A program made the position numbers and the translations under genes. From assembly GCA_964644695.1 (NCBI GenBank), contig CAZXWN010000020.1:1-34086 (forward strand): 34,086 bases of DNA, given 5' to 3'. How positions within the stretch are numbered: position 1 is the first letter of the stretch; every line of letters begins with the position of its first letter. Shown here piece after piece: positions 7,010-17,351 of this stretch. The stretch comes from an uncultured bacterium (GTDB lineage: Bacteria > UBP4 > UBA4092). Under the pieces are notes generated by a model. That model was not told the origin of the DNA, searched no databases, and was given only the letters and a program-made list of their open reading frames with translations.

Positions 7010-10000
7010 GGTTCTGCTCCAGTTTGGCTTTTTTCCGCTCCATATAGAGTGTATTCATTCTAAAGGTAAACAGGCAAACTAACAAGATGAAAGAGATAAC
7101 TGACAGGGTGGCTCCGGTTATAAATCCCGGGGGTAAATAAGTAAATGTTATCCGATGCGGCCCTACGGGGAGATAGATGGCTCGTAATCCCCCATTAGCC
7201 CTGTAGATCGGTGTTGATTTGCCATCAACGACAGCTTTCCACCCGGAAGCATAGGTCTCGCTTAATACGAGAAATCCACGGGCCGCCACGATGACTTTTA
7301 AGTCAATCTTGTTGGGTGAATACCGGGTAATCGTAACCTTTTCATTGGAAGTATCCACTTCCATCCATTTGCTGGACCCTTCTTCCCGGTCCACTTTCTC
7401 GATTCGGTCAAACCGATAGACCTGGGGAATTGAATAGGGAACCTGTAACTGGGCATACTGTTGCCCTTGAGACACCATGGCTTGTCCGGGCTTGGCTCCG
7501 GTAAGACCGAGGATACACCATGCCGTTTGTCCGGAAAATTGTTGACTGGACCCCAGATGACGCAGGCATTGCCAAAGGGTATCTGTGAATGCTGTCTGAA
7601 CCATTCCTGATGCCGTTATACCAACAATTTTTCCCGTATCCAGCGACATCAGGTACTGTTCAAAATCAGTGATGGATTCCGGTTTATGGAGCACATCAAA
7701 ATACTTCTGGTCTTCCTGTTCCCCTGTCTCTGGATTCAAGACAATGAGATGGACCCCTGGTGAATGGGTTCCGATGGCGATATCTTGATTTTCAGATGAG
7801 GCCGTATCTACTGTATCTTCCGCTTCAGGTAATGTATCCAGCAGGTCTGTCCCATCCAATATAAACTGGACTTTGGGGGCTGTGTCCCGGGCATCACTGA
7901 TAATCTGAATCGATCTGTTAGCAGGAAGTTTAATATCAGTCTTACCCAAAAAGTTACTTCTTTTCTCCGTCAATTTACCTACATTTTCATGGAGAATGAG
8001 GGTGTTCTGGGGATTAAAAAAGTCCTGTCGCATCCATTGTGCGGCCAGATTATTACTTTGAGTTACCAACGCACGGTGTGTCATCCAGGCCCTGGGTTGG
8101 ACATTGGTTGCTTCATAAACAAATAATCCATTGCTGGAAACAAGTCTGGAATTTTTCAGTTCTAACGGAGAGTCAGAAATGAAGTATTTGATATTCATCA
8201 TATCCGTAAATGAATTGATTTCCGGATTGAGGGCCGCATAATGCCAGTTGTCGTTATAAGGGGGCCTTTGAGGTTTCCCATTATTGGCTAAATCTACCAT
8301 CATCCTGTAATTCTTCAGGTACATGGGATTATATCCCTGCGCATCCTGGAGTTGATACACCATTGCAGTATTGGACAGGAGTTTTTGTGTGGCTGCTGGA
8401 GGATTAAATGTAGGTTCAGGCAATTGGGACGATTCGATACTGCAATATCGATACAAACTACTGTCACGGGAAAGGAAATTCACCAAGTCATATTCAGGAT
8501 ATTGGATTGAAGCCTTTTGTCCAGCCAGTAACCGATTATAATCCGGAGTGGGTTGCCATAATTCTGTCAGAGTGATTGTTGCTATGGCGATAACGATTAA
8601 CCAGGGATGAAACATTCGGCCCGGACATAAAACAATGAGCAGGATGACCAGTATCCCGGGTATCAGTTTCCAGGTCTGATTTTGTAATCCTACGCTGTTC
8701 AGCAGTAAAAATATGGCCAGAAGGATACCTGTAAGTTTCCAAATGTTGAGGGGGATGACATCCAGTTCAAATTTCCAGTTTAATAATTTATCCAGCGCCA
8801 GCCCCGCAATGATGGATATGGCCAGCGTATAAATAACAATATACCGGTGAGTCACAAAGAAGGTCTTAAATCCGGGAATGTGTCTGAAAACATTCTGAGT
8901 ACAGTAGGGTTCAAGAAATACCAGGCTTAGAGAAAAAAGAATCAATGCCCAGAATACTCTTGAAACAGGATTGTTTTCGGTTGATGTTTTGGGAAGAACG
9001 AAAGACAGGATTATCAACAGGAGGGGAATAGTCCCGATATACCCACTGATGACAGGATCCCCCATTCCTCCACCCAAAAACAAGTCCTGCAACACATTTT
9101 TGAACTGAAGGGATAAATTGATGATTCGGAAATATCCGAAATCATTTAGGCCTGCTCTCAAAGTCTCCTGCTGGAATAATAATGAAGGGTACAGTTGAAC
9201 GGCAGCAAGTCCCAATCCCAGCAATGAAGCCAGGAGTAAGATGATAAGCGATATTAAAGGTTGGGGCTGGATCTCAATAGACTGGTACCGGATAAAAAGA
9301 ATATATCCGAAAAGAAGGACCCCAATTCCTGTGGTAATCATTCCAATGACCCAGGACGAAATGAATCCCGGGAAGTTCCATGAAGCCAGTGTTGTTGTGA
9401 TTCCCGCAATAAAGAAGGTGATAAGAATATTTCCAATGACTCGATGTCCGACATTGATTTGTGTTTTGGGTGTCAGAATAAATATCTCGCCGGCGATTCG
9501 GATGAGCAAATAAATGCAACCCGTTAGGAGAGTTAGATATATCCCCTGTGGATATCCACAAAGCAGTAACAAAGTCAGACAGATTGAGGAGATGATGAGA
9601 GAGCCGATCGTTCGTTTCTGGATTGTTCTTTCAATGGCAAACAGCGTCAGTGGCAAAAAGGGAAGGGAATAGAATATGCTTGTTACAAGGACCTTGGTAA
9701 CGCTGTATTGTCCCAGCATGTAACACATACCTGCCAGAATTGATGCCGGTCGGGATAAGGATAATCTGCGGGAAAAAAGATAGGTAAACCAGCCTGCCAT
9801 AAAAAAATGAATCAGAAGGTTAATGGGAAATCCCCAGTTTGCAGGAATAAAGGCGGCGCTCAGCAGGAGAGGTAAATGCGTGGCGGCTGATTGTGGGTCA
9901 CTGAAGAAAGGTGTCCCCGAAAATGAATAAGGATTCCAGAAAGGGAAGCCGCCCTGGTGTAGTTGCTGAGACAGAAAATGAAAGTTTGGATAAGTGAAAA

Positions 10001-10187
10001 GGGTGATATCTCCACCTGTTGGAAAACGGCCTTCCAATGCCATGTCTGGGAAGAATATTACAGGTAATCCCAGAAACAGAATGAACACACATAACTCTCT
10101 AACCCATCCGGGGAGTTTGATTCCTCGAATCCAATGTAATTTCCCGGTTTGGGAACGGTGGATTTCAGGTGTGGTTTGTGGGGTCAT
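6915..10187 (-). CDS. YfhO-family membrane glycosyltransferase-like protein with ILEI-like insert
   Basis: Multi-TM N-terminal half with GGD..YP..G.FPFWNPYSFSGTPF and LAAVQLYP. YfhO-type C-terminus FLVLSETYASGWKAVVDGK..IYRANGGLRAIYLPVGPHRITFTYLP followed by a TM helix. Confidence 0.85.
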   Translation of the reverse strand: MTPQTTPEIHRSQTGKLHWIRGIKLPGWVRELCVFILFLGLPVIFFPDMALEGRFPTGGDITLFTYPNFHFLSQQLHQGGFPFWNPYSFSGTPFFSDPQSAATHLPLLLSAAFIPANWGFPINLLIHFFMAGWFTYLFSRRLSLSRPASILAGMCYMLGQYSVTKVLVTSIFYSLPFLPLTLFAIERTIQKRTIGSLIISSICLTLLLLCGYPQGIYLTLLTGCIYLLIRIAGEIFILTPKTQINVGHRVIGNILITFFIAGITTTLASWNFPGFISSWVIGMITTGIGVLLFGYILFIRYQSIEIQPQPLISLIILLLASLLGLGLAAVQLYPSLLFQQETLRAGLNDFGYFRIINLSLQFKNVLQDLFLGGGMGDPVISGYIGTIPLLLIILSFVLPKTSTENNPVSRVFWALILFSLSLVFLEPYCTQNVFRHIPGFKTFFVTHRYIVIYTLAISIIAGLALDKLLNWKFELDVIPLNIWKLTGILLAIFLLLNSVGLQNQTWKLIPGILVILLIVLCPGRMFHPWLIVIAIATITLTELWQPTPDYNRLLAGQKASIQYPEYDLVNFLSRDSSLYRYCSIESSQLPEPTFNPPAATQKLLSNTAMVYQLQDAQGYNPMYLKNYRMMVDLANNGKPQRPPYNDNWHYAALNPEINSFTDMMNIKYFISDSPLELKNSRLVSSNGLFVYEATNVQPRAWMTHRALVTQSNNLAAQWMRQDFFNPQNTLILHENVGKLTEKRSNFLGKTDIKLPANRSIQIISDARDTAPKVQFILDGTDLLDTLPEAEDTVDTASSENQDIAIGTHSPGVHLIVLNPETGEQEDQKYFDVLHKPESITDFEQYLMSLDTGKIVGITASGMVQTAFTDTLWQCLRHLGSSQQFSGQTAWCILGLTGAKPGQAMVSQGQQYAQLQVPYSIPQVYRFDRIEKVDREEGSSKWMEVDTSNEKVTITRYSPNKIDLKVIVAARGFLVLSETYASGWKAVVDGKSTPIYRANGGLRAIYLPVGPHRITFTYLPPGFITGATLSVISFILLVCLFTFRMNTLYMERKKAKLEQNLVEHYEVQPAGPTDHRDRSGVQRGENPPSNH

Positions 10188-10941
10188 GGTTTATCAATGA
10201 TTTATGAAGTCTCTTGATTTTAACCAATTCTCTTAACATTTTCAGAGAATCCTGAATGGGATTCACTTTGGACTGTGGCGAGTTGACCCAGGATACGGGT
10301 ATTTCCGCCACCGGAATATTGAACAGTTTTGCCAGGTACAGGATTTCAACATCAAAGGCAAATCCATCCAGTTTTTGATGGGCAAACACTTTTTCAGCGG
10401 CGGCTGCCGTGAGTAATTTAAAGCCGCATTGAGTGTCAATGAATCCGGGTATAACCAATGTTTGGACAAATTTATTAAAGGTCTTCCCCATTTTTTCCCG
10501 GTACCAGGGTTGGTGGACCAAAACTTTGGATTGCGGTAGCGAACGGGATCCGATGATGATATCGGCCGATGTTTTCTCCATCGCTTTTAGAAGTGTGTCC
10601 ACTTCAGTTATTGGTGTGGAGCCATCCGCATCCATAAACAACCGGTATTGACCCTTTGCCGCCAGCATCCCCTGGCGAACCGCAAATCCTTTCCCATGAT
10701 TAGGTCTATATGATAATACCTGAAATAATGGGAATCGGGTGTCAAATAGATGGCAGACATCTTCCGTATGGTCCTGACTGCCATCGTCAACAATAATAAC
10801 TTCAATTCGGCGCGGGTCTTTTTCAATCCAGCTTAATATAGATTCTAATGTCTTCCCTATTCGTTTATCCTCGTTATAACAAGGAATTACGATACTCAGA
10901 AATAATGGTTTCTCTTGTTCAATATTTATCGGCATTTGCAA
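10165..10941 (-). CDS. Dolichyl/polyprenyl-phosphate beta-glucosyltransferase-like GT2 (ALG5-like)
   Basis: LSIVIPCYNE, DDGSQD, NHGKGFAVRQGM, FMDADGSTP, DTQCGFKL, FAFDVEIL, SKV. Confidence 0.9.
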   Translation of the reverse strand: MQMPINIEQEKPLFLSIVIPCYNEDKRIGKTLESILSWIEKDPRRIEVIIVDDGSQDHTEDVCHLFDTRFPLFQVLSYRPNHGKGFAVRQGMLAAKGQYRLFMDADGSTPITEVDTLLKAMEKTSADIIIGSRSLPQSKVLVHQPWYREKMGKTFNKFVQTLVIPGFIDTQCGFKLLTAAAAEKVFAHQKLDGFAFDVEILYLAKLFNIPVAEIPVSWVNSPQSKVNPIQDSLKMLRELVKIKRLHKSLINHDPTNHT

Positions 10942-11090
10942 TTATTATCGCCAAAAGATGGCATTTCGCCAAATCTATGTAAGAGGATTTTGGCATACGA
11001 ACCCATCCGCTGATATAATTATTCGGTATTATTTGTATAAATACCCCCGGGTGAAACCCATCCTAAAATCCATTAATGAGGTATGTCAAT

Positions 11091-12737
11091 ATGATTTCCG
11101 CATTGGAAAAAGTCCGGAAAACTTATCAACCGAAGTTGCCCAAAGCTCTTGCTGGTGGAAACTTCAAGCTGGAATTCGGTGCTCCAACAGAACCGATGAG
11201 TGACAAGGAACAAGTCGAAGCCTTATTCCCTAATACAGTCGGCCAGCCGATTGTGAGAATTGTGGAGGGTCAGGGTGACTTATCAGGTAAAGCCCTTAAA
11301 GTGGGTGTTGTTCTTTCTGGTGGTCAGGCTCCCGGTGGACACAATGTTATCGCTGGTTTGTTTGATGCATTGAAAAGTGTAAATGCTTCTTCTGTCCTGT
11401 ATGGATTCTTAAAAGGTCCCGGCGGTGTCATCAAAGGTAAATATGTTGAAATTACCTCTGAGATGATGGACAAATACCGCAATACCGGCGGATTTGACAT
11501 GATTATGTCCGGTCGTGACAAAATCGAAAAACCTGAGGACTTGGCTGCCTGCAAAAAGAATTTTGAAGACATGGGTCTTAATGGTCTCGTTATCATTGGT
11601 GGCGATGATTCAAATACGAATGCTGCCATGCTGGCTGAATACCTGAAAGGTGCAGGTTCCAGCACCGTGGTTATCGGTGTTCCCAAGACAATTGATGGCG
11701 ACATGAAGAATGATTATATTGAAGCTTCTTTTGGTTTCGATACTGCTACCAAAACCTATTCCGAATTGATTGGTAACATCTGCCGTGATGCCAGCTCCGC
11801 AGTTAAATACTGGCATTTTGTTCGTTTGATGGGTCGTGCTGCTTCTCACGTGACTCTGGAATGTGCTCTTCAGACTCAACCGAATATTACTTTAATTTCT
11901 GAAGAAGTCCGTGCCAAAGGAACGACAATGGAAGAAATTGTTGATTACATCGTTGATGTCGTTGTGAAGCGCGCCGCTGCTGGAAAAAATTATGGTATTC
12001 TCCTGGTTCCGGAAGGACTTCCTGAGTTTATCTCTGATATCAAGGTCCTGATTGATGAGTTATCGAATATAGTCGGTGACCATGAAGATTATCTGAAGAC
12101 TCTGGATACTAAAGAAGATCGGTTGCAGTTTATTAGCGGTAAATTGACCGCTGTTTCTGCCAAGGTTTATGCTTCATTACCTTCCGATATTCAAGAAGTC
12201 TTATTGCAGCGCGATAGTCATGGTAACCTGACTTTATCACAGGTCGAAACTGAAAGACTGTTGATTGATATGGTCCGCGATAAAATTAATGAGCTGAAGA
12301 ATGAAGGTAAGACAGAAGCCAAGTTTAGTCCTCTCTCTCACTTCATGGGTTATGAAGGTCGTTGTGCGGCTCCTTCTAATTTTGATGCCGATTACTGTTA
12401 TTCCCTGGGCTTTACTGCGGCTCAGCTGGTTCGTGCTAACCTGACAGGCTTTACTGCCACGGTAGAGAATATGACCCTTACTTCTGATAAATGGGTGGCG
12501 GGTGGTATCCCTGTTACCATGATGTTGAATATGGAAATGCGTAAGGGTAAAGCTAAACCGGTTATCAAGAAAGCCCTGGTTGAGCTTGATGGGAAGCCGT
12601 TCCAAGCCTTTGCCAAGAATCGTGAGAAATGGGCTTTGGAAGATTGCTATGTCTATCCGGGTCCCATTCAGTACTTTGGCCCATCCGAAGTGTGTGATTT
12701 GCCGACCGTGACTTTATCTTTGGAGAAATCCAAATAA
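11091..12737 (+). CDS. pfp: Pyrophosphate-dependent phosphofructokinase (diphosphate--fructose-6-phosphate 1-phosphotransferase, long clade)
   Basis: SGGQAPGGHNV, IIGGDDSNTNA (GGDD indicates PPi type), PKTIDGD, MGRAASH, GYEGRC, YPGPIQYFGP. GAGGT Shine-Dalgarno 8 nt before ATG 11091 favours this start over 11076. Confidence 0.95.
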   Translation: MISALEKVRKTYQPKLPKALAGGNFKLEFGAPTEPMSDKEQVEALFPNTVGQPIVRIVEGQGDLSGKALKVGVVLSGGQAPGGHNVIAGLFDALKSVNASSVLYGFLKGPGGVIKGKYVEITSEMMDKYRNTGGFDMIMSGRDKIEKPEDLAACKKNFEDMGLNGLVIIGGDDSNTNAAMLAEYLKGAGSSTVVIGVPKTIDGDMKNDYIEASFGFDTATKTYSELIGNICRDASSAVKYWHFVRLMGRAASHVTLECALQTQPNITLISEEVRAKGTTMEEIVDYIVDVVVKRAAAGKNYGILLVPEGLPEFISDIKVLIDELSNIVGDHEDYLKTLDTKEDRLQFISGKLTAVSAKVYASLPSDIQEVLLQRDSHGNLTLSQVETERLLIDMVRDKINELKNEGKTEAKFSPLSHFMGYEGRCAAPSNFDADYCYSLGFTAAQLVRANLTGFTATVENMTLTSDKWVAGGIPVTMMLNMEMRKGKAKPVIKKALVELDGKPFQAFAKNREKWALEDCYVYPGPIQYFGPSEVCDLPTVTLSLEKSK

Positions 12738-12767
12738 CTCGAGTCTGCTAAAGAAAACCGTGAATCA

Positions 12768-12810
12768 AATAACCGGCGGTCAGCTGTCCTTGATCGCCGG
12801 TTATTCTTTT
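12768..12810 (+). terminator. Rho-independent terminator
   Basis: AATAACCGGCGGTCAG..TTGATCGCCGGTTATT followed by CTTTT. Confidence 0.8.
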
Positions 12811-12879
12811 GAAGAGCATGGAATAATGATATATTTATGGGACAGTGTTTGCTTATACTGATGGAAAGAAACAGGATTT

Positions 12880-14034
12880 ATGTTGCTGATTGATTACTCC
12901 AAAATTCTCGCATTTCATATATTGTCGGCAGGTTATCGGCTGACAAAAGACATTACTCCCATCCGTAAAAGGGTTATCCCTTATCTGAAAAGGGCAAATC
13001 AATGGGTAGCGAAATATGATATGCGCAGAGGCCGAGGGCCTATCCGAAATTATCCGGTCAATGTAACATTACAAGCGACTTACCGGTGTAATTTAAGTTG
13101 CCCGATGTGTTTTCGGCAGACAGTTATGGCTGAATCATTCCCGAAACTGAATACTCTCGAAATTCCCATAGAAGACTTTACTAAAATAGCCAATCAGTTA
13201 TTTCCTTATGCCTATACTGTAAATTTATCCATTGCAGGTGAGCCTTTTCTTTATACAATCATTGACCAGATTTTACCTCTGCTTGATAAGTATCAATGCA
13301 AGATTGAGGCCTACTCCAATATGACTCCTCTTACAAATGAGAAGCTGATGGATAAAGTGCTGCCTCACATGGCGTTATTAACTGCATCTATTGATGGAGC
13401 AACTCCGGAGACTTTTGAGAAAATTCGCAAAGGGGCAAAGTTTAACGCTGTTGTGAAAGCTCTGGAACAATTTGGTACAAAACGAAAAGCCTATCTTCCG
13501 GATAATTGCCCGACCTTTGCGTTGAATGTAACGATTCAGCAGGATAATGTAAGAGAACTGCCAGATTTAGTTCGTCTGGCGAAACGAGTAGGTGCCGATT
13601 ATATTTGTGGGGACCATATTGTTACTTATGATGATCCTGAACTGATGAAAACTTCCATGGTACAGGATATGGACACTTATATTTTGTATTATGAAGAAGC
13701 TGTGAAGATAGGTCAGGAAATCGGGATTGAAGTAAGGTTGCGGCCTCCTGTATATAAGAACAAGGAAGAAGAAACTTCCAAGCTGATGCAGAATTCAAAT
13801 CAACCTGTTCATATGGAATGTCCCTTTTTGTGGCGACAGGTCGTAATAAATCCTAATGGGAATACTTATGCCTGTTGTCATCCAGAACCTCCCTTGTATG
13901 GACCGGATGGGATTAATGATTTCTGGTCCGTTTGGGACAGTCCTGAAGCACGCAAATTACGGAGCCAACTTCAAAGTGATGAGACTCATCCCAGCTGCCG
14001 AAATTGCTGGATTAAATATCCTGTGAAAGACTAA
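12880..14034 (+). CDS. Radical SAM protein with SPASM/Twitch domain
   Basis: CNLSCPMC (CxxxCxxC), AGEPF, SIDGAT.ETFEKIR, C-terminal CPFLW..G..YACC..CRNC. Confidence 0.9.
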   Translation: MLLIDYSKILAFHILSAGYRLTKDITPIRKRVIPYLKRANQWVAKYDMRRGRGPIRNYPVNVTLQATYRCNLSCPMCFRQTVMAESFPKLNTLEIPIEDFTKIANQLFPYAYTVNLSIAGEPFLYTIIDQILPLLDKYQCKIEAYSNMTPLTNEKLMDKVLPHMALLTASIDGATPETFEKIRKGAKFNAVVKALEQFGTKRKAYLPDNCPTFALNVTIQQDNVRELPDLVRLAKRVGADYICGDHIVTYDDPELMKTSMVQDMDTYILYYEEAVKIGQEIGIEVRLRPPVYKNKEEETSKLMQNSNQPVHMECPFLWRQVVINPNGNTYACCHPEPPLYGPDGINDFWSVWDSPEARKLRSQLQSDETHPSCRNCWIKYPVKD

Positions 14035-14037
14035 GGA

Positions 14038-16248
14038 CTATTTATTTCTGATGGGTTTGAAATATAGCGCAGATAGCGGGGGTAATGTCAGTTCTAGTGT
14101 ATAAGGGAACTTGCCCCATGCTTCATCTTTAGGCTCGACTCCACCCATATTACCAATATCACTTCCCCCATAATAGGCAGAATCACTGTTTAATACTTCT
14201 TTATAAAATACTTTTTCTGGAACGCCAATGTGATAATTAATCCGAGGGACTGGTGTGAAATTAAAGATGGCGAATATATAGTCGCTGGAATCTTTGCTTT
14301 TTCTTAGGAAAGAAATAATAGATTGATCGGCATCATAAAAATCAACCCACTCAAATCCTTCCCAGTGGTAATCTTGTTCCCACAAAGCGGGTTCCATCGC
14401 ATATAGATGATTTAAGTCTCGAACAAAATTCTGAAGTCCTATATGCCGGTCAAATTTCAGGAGAGACCATGGCAACTGGTCGTTGCAATTCCATTCCTGC
14501 CACTGTCCAATTTCATGCCCCATAAAGTTCAGTTTTTTTCCAGGTTGAGCGTACATATAACCCAGCAATGCCCGCAGATTGGAAAACTTTTCATGATCAT
14601 TCCCAGGCATTTTGGATAAGAGGGAAGCCTTACCATGAACGACTTCATCGTGAGATAGTACGAGAATAAAATTCTCCTGGAAAGCATACAGCAGTGCAAA
14701 TGTTAAATTGTTGTGGGAAAATTTTCGGAAGACCGGGTCTTTGGAGAAGTATTCAAGAATGTCATGCATCCAGCCCATGTTCCACTTCATGGAGAATCCA
14801 AGCCCTCCTAAATAGGTGGGACGCGAGACCCCGTTAAAGGCTGTGGATTCCTCCGCTATAGTCAACGACCCGGGGAAATACTCATGCACAATAACATTCA
14901 GTTTACGGATGAAGTCAATCGCTTCCAGATTTTCATTTCCACCGTATTTATTGGGAATCCATTCCCCTGGTTTTCTGGAGTAATCGAGATAGAGCATAGA
15001 GGCCACAGCATCCACGCGCAGTCCATCAATATGATATTTATCCAGCCAGAACAGAGCGTTAGACAAAAGAAAATTACTGACTTCATTACGGCCAAAATTA
15101 AAGACAAGGGTTCCCCAGTCCAGTTGTTCCCCCAGACGAGGGTCTTCATGCTCATACAAAGCCGTTCCATCAAAACGAGCCAATCCATGGGCATCTTTGG
15201 GGAAATGAGCAGGCACCCAATCTAGTAGTACTCCAAGTCCGGTTTGGTGGGCTTTATCAACAAAGTACATAAAGTCTTCCGGAGTTCCAAATCTGCTGGT
15301 GGCAGCATAATATCCCGTAACTTGATATCCCCAGGACTCATCCAGCGGATGCTCTGCTACCGGCAGTAATTCCATATGGGTAAATCCCTGTTCTTTGACA
15401 TACGGAACCAGTTGGTCAGCCAGTTCTCGATAAGTTAAAAATCGATTATCTTCATCTGTATTTCGTCTCCAGGACCCTAAATGTACTTCATAAATGGCAA
15501 CAGGTTTTTCCAGCCAATTAGACTGTGTTTTCTCTTCAATCCATTTCCCATCATGCCATTCGTAAGTATCAATGTTTCTGACTTGACTGGCAGTTCGGGG
15601 CCTGGGCTCGAAAGCAAATGACATGGGATCGGATTTTAGGAAGATTTGATTAGATTGGGACAGAATTTCGAATTTATAAAGACTATATTCGTTTATACCG
15701 GGGATAAATATCTCCCACACACCGGATAAACCTAATACCCGCATTTGATGGATTCTGCCATCCCATTGATTAAAATCTCCGACTACACTGACTCTTTTAG
15801 CATTGGGTGCCCATACTGCAAAATGCACACCTTGATGCCCTTCCACTGTCATTATGTGGGCACCCAGCTTGTCATACAAACGATAGTGATTCCCTTCATT
15901 AATCAAATGTCGGTCGTAATCACTTAAGACAGGCAGGAACGAATAAGGGTCTGCGGTTTCAAAAGCAGTGCCATCTGGCCAGGTAAACCTTAAGCTATAT
16001 GGAAATACATCAACAACCTCGGGTATGATTACTTCAAAGAATCCGGAGGGATCAATTTGGTCCATTATCCATTCACCGGGTATGGCACTTTGGGATATTA
16101 CTGTTACTGTCTTGGCTCCCGGCCGATAAACACGGACGACTACTGTGGGGCTGGTTTGATTTTTGGCATTGAGTTGATGCATCCCCAATACTATATAGGG
16201 GTCATGGCTTCTGGCTTCTATTATTTTACGAAAAGCTTCTTTTAGCAT
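14038..16248 (-). CDS. glgB: 1,4-alpha-glucan branching enzyme
   Basis: FAVWAPNA, YEVHLGSW, SWGYQVTGY, DWVPAHF, GLRVDAVASM, IAEES, KWNMGWMHD, LSHDEVVHGK. Confidence 0.98.
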   Translation of the reverse strand: MLKEAFRKIIEARSHDPYIVLGMHQLNAKNQTSPTVVVRVYRPGAKTVTVISQSAIPGEWIMDQIDPSGFFEVIIPEVVDVFPYSLRFTWPDGTAFETADPYSFLPVLSDYDRHLINEGNHYRLYDKLGAHIMTVEGHQGVHFAVWAPNAKRVSVVGDFNQWDGRIHQMRVLGLSGVWEIFIPGINEYSLYKFEILSQSNQIFLKSDPMSFAFEPRPRTASQVRNIDTYEWHDGKWIEEKTQSNWLEKPVAIYEVHLGSWRRNTDEDNRFLTYRELADQLVPYVKEQGFTHMELLPVAEHPLDESWGYQVTGYYAATSRFGTPEDFMYFVDKAHQTGLGVLLDWVPAHFPKDAHGLARFDGTALYEHEDPRLGEQLDWGTLVFNFGRNEVSNFLLSNALFWLDKYHIDGLRVDAVASMLYLDYSRKPGEWIPNKYGGNENLEAIDFIRKLNVIVHEYFPGSLTIAEESTAFNGVSRPTYLGGLGFSMKWNMGWMHDILEYFSKDPVFRKFSHNNLTFALLYAFQENFILVLSHDEVVHGKASLLSKMPGNDHEKFSNLRALLGYMYAQPGKKLNFMGHEIGQWQEWNCNDQLPWSLLKFDRHIGLQNFVRDLNHLYAMEPALWEQDYHWEGFEWVDFYDADQSIISFLRKSKDSSDYIFAIFNFTPVPRINYHIGVPEKVFYKEVLNSDSAYYGGSDIGNMGGVEPKDEAWGKFPYTLELTLPPLSALYFKPIRNK

Positions 16249-16323
16249 ATTGATTATCCAATGGGAATGTAATGTCTTAAGTTAACACAGGCACAGCATT
16301 CCCTCAAGAAGACCTGCTGATAT

Positions 16324-16355
16324 AAAAAAGCACTCCTTCAAGGAGTGCTTTTTTT
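16324..16355. terminator. Bidirectional-type terminator downstream of 16375..16986
   Basis: AAAAAAGCACTCC-ttcaa-GGAGTGCTTTTTT. Confidence 0.85.
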
Positions 16356-16374
16356 ACTGTTATCTTAATTGGGC

Positions 16375-16986
16375 CTATTGAATACTTTTAACCTTCATAA
16401 TAGGTTCTAACCATTCATCCAATCCGGGCCAGGGACGAATCAGGAAGATGTGACGATAGGTTTCACCCGAGAGGTAATAGAGAGTATTGATTTTATCCGG
16501 TTGTTCAAGAAGGGTTCCCAGATTCCATGTCCACTCAGGGGTCAGAATATCAGGTTTAGTAAAGGGTTGTTTGCATGAGCCAACGATCCAATCCTCATAG
16601 GTTTGTAATTCAACTCGATGCCGTTCCGTTCTTTTGATATTGCCGGCATTCAAATCCAAATACCCCAATCTGGAACCGTTGACTTCGTCGGCGTGATTAA
16701 ACTCGACGATATCTGTTTTTTTGGTGATGTGTGTCGAGTAGGACGACGAGAAAAAGACCTGACCGCCATGTCTCAGCATGGGAGTGCACATACAATTTCT
16801 CAATAGATTTACTTCATCCCGGGGTGTTTTCGTATCCGGGTCGTTCCAGTTCACTGTCGCAATGATAGTGAAGAAATCTGCTTTCAGAGTAGAAAATGGG
16901 GGAATGCTTTCACTCTCAATTACAAAATCCTGACCCTTTCGAGGGTCGTACAATAAAGTATTCCAATTCATATTAAACAATTTCAT
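16375..16986 (-). CDS. Hypothetical protein (203 aa)
   Basis: Only long ORF in the interval, with GGAGG upstream on the minus strand and its own terminator. No motif recognised. Confidence 0.7.
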   Translation of the reverse strand: MKLFNMNWNTLLYDPRKGQDFVIESESIPPFSTLKADFFTIIATVNWNDPDTKTPRDEVNLLRNCMCTPMLRHGGQVFFSSSYSTHITKKTDIVEFNHADEVNGSRLGYLDLNAGNIKRTERHRVELQTYEDWIVGSCKQPFTKPDILTPEWTWNLGTLLEQPDKINTLYYLSGETYRHIFLIRPWPGLDEWLEPIMKVKSIQ

Positions 16987-17351
16987 AGAGCCCTAACCCT
17001 CCCATTGGAAGTTGCCCTTAATATACTCCTATTTGCCCCGTCATGTAAAGGGGTAGATTGGGTTGATTCTAAAAAAATATTTTTACCCTGGTGTGATGAG
17101 ATTTTAGAGATTGGGGGTGGTTTGAATGTTCGGGGAAATTTTACGAATCTTAGTATTTCTGAAAAAACATAAAATAAAATACATCTAAATAATTGAATAT
17201 AAATTAGTTAGATATATTTTAAATACAAAGTTATGTCCTGAGTACAGCGAAGTTGACAAGAAAATATATCAGTAATGAAAAATAATAAATCTCTGGTTTT
17301 ATAAATGTCGCGACTAATCAGAATTATGAGAACTTATATTTAATTTAATAA

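Noticed and set aside
17253-17281. TTGACA as a -35 box, or the AT-rich tract as oriC
   Set aside because: No good -10 at the proper spacing, it points antisense into the EEP gene end, and I saw no DnaA-box cluster.
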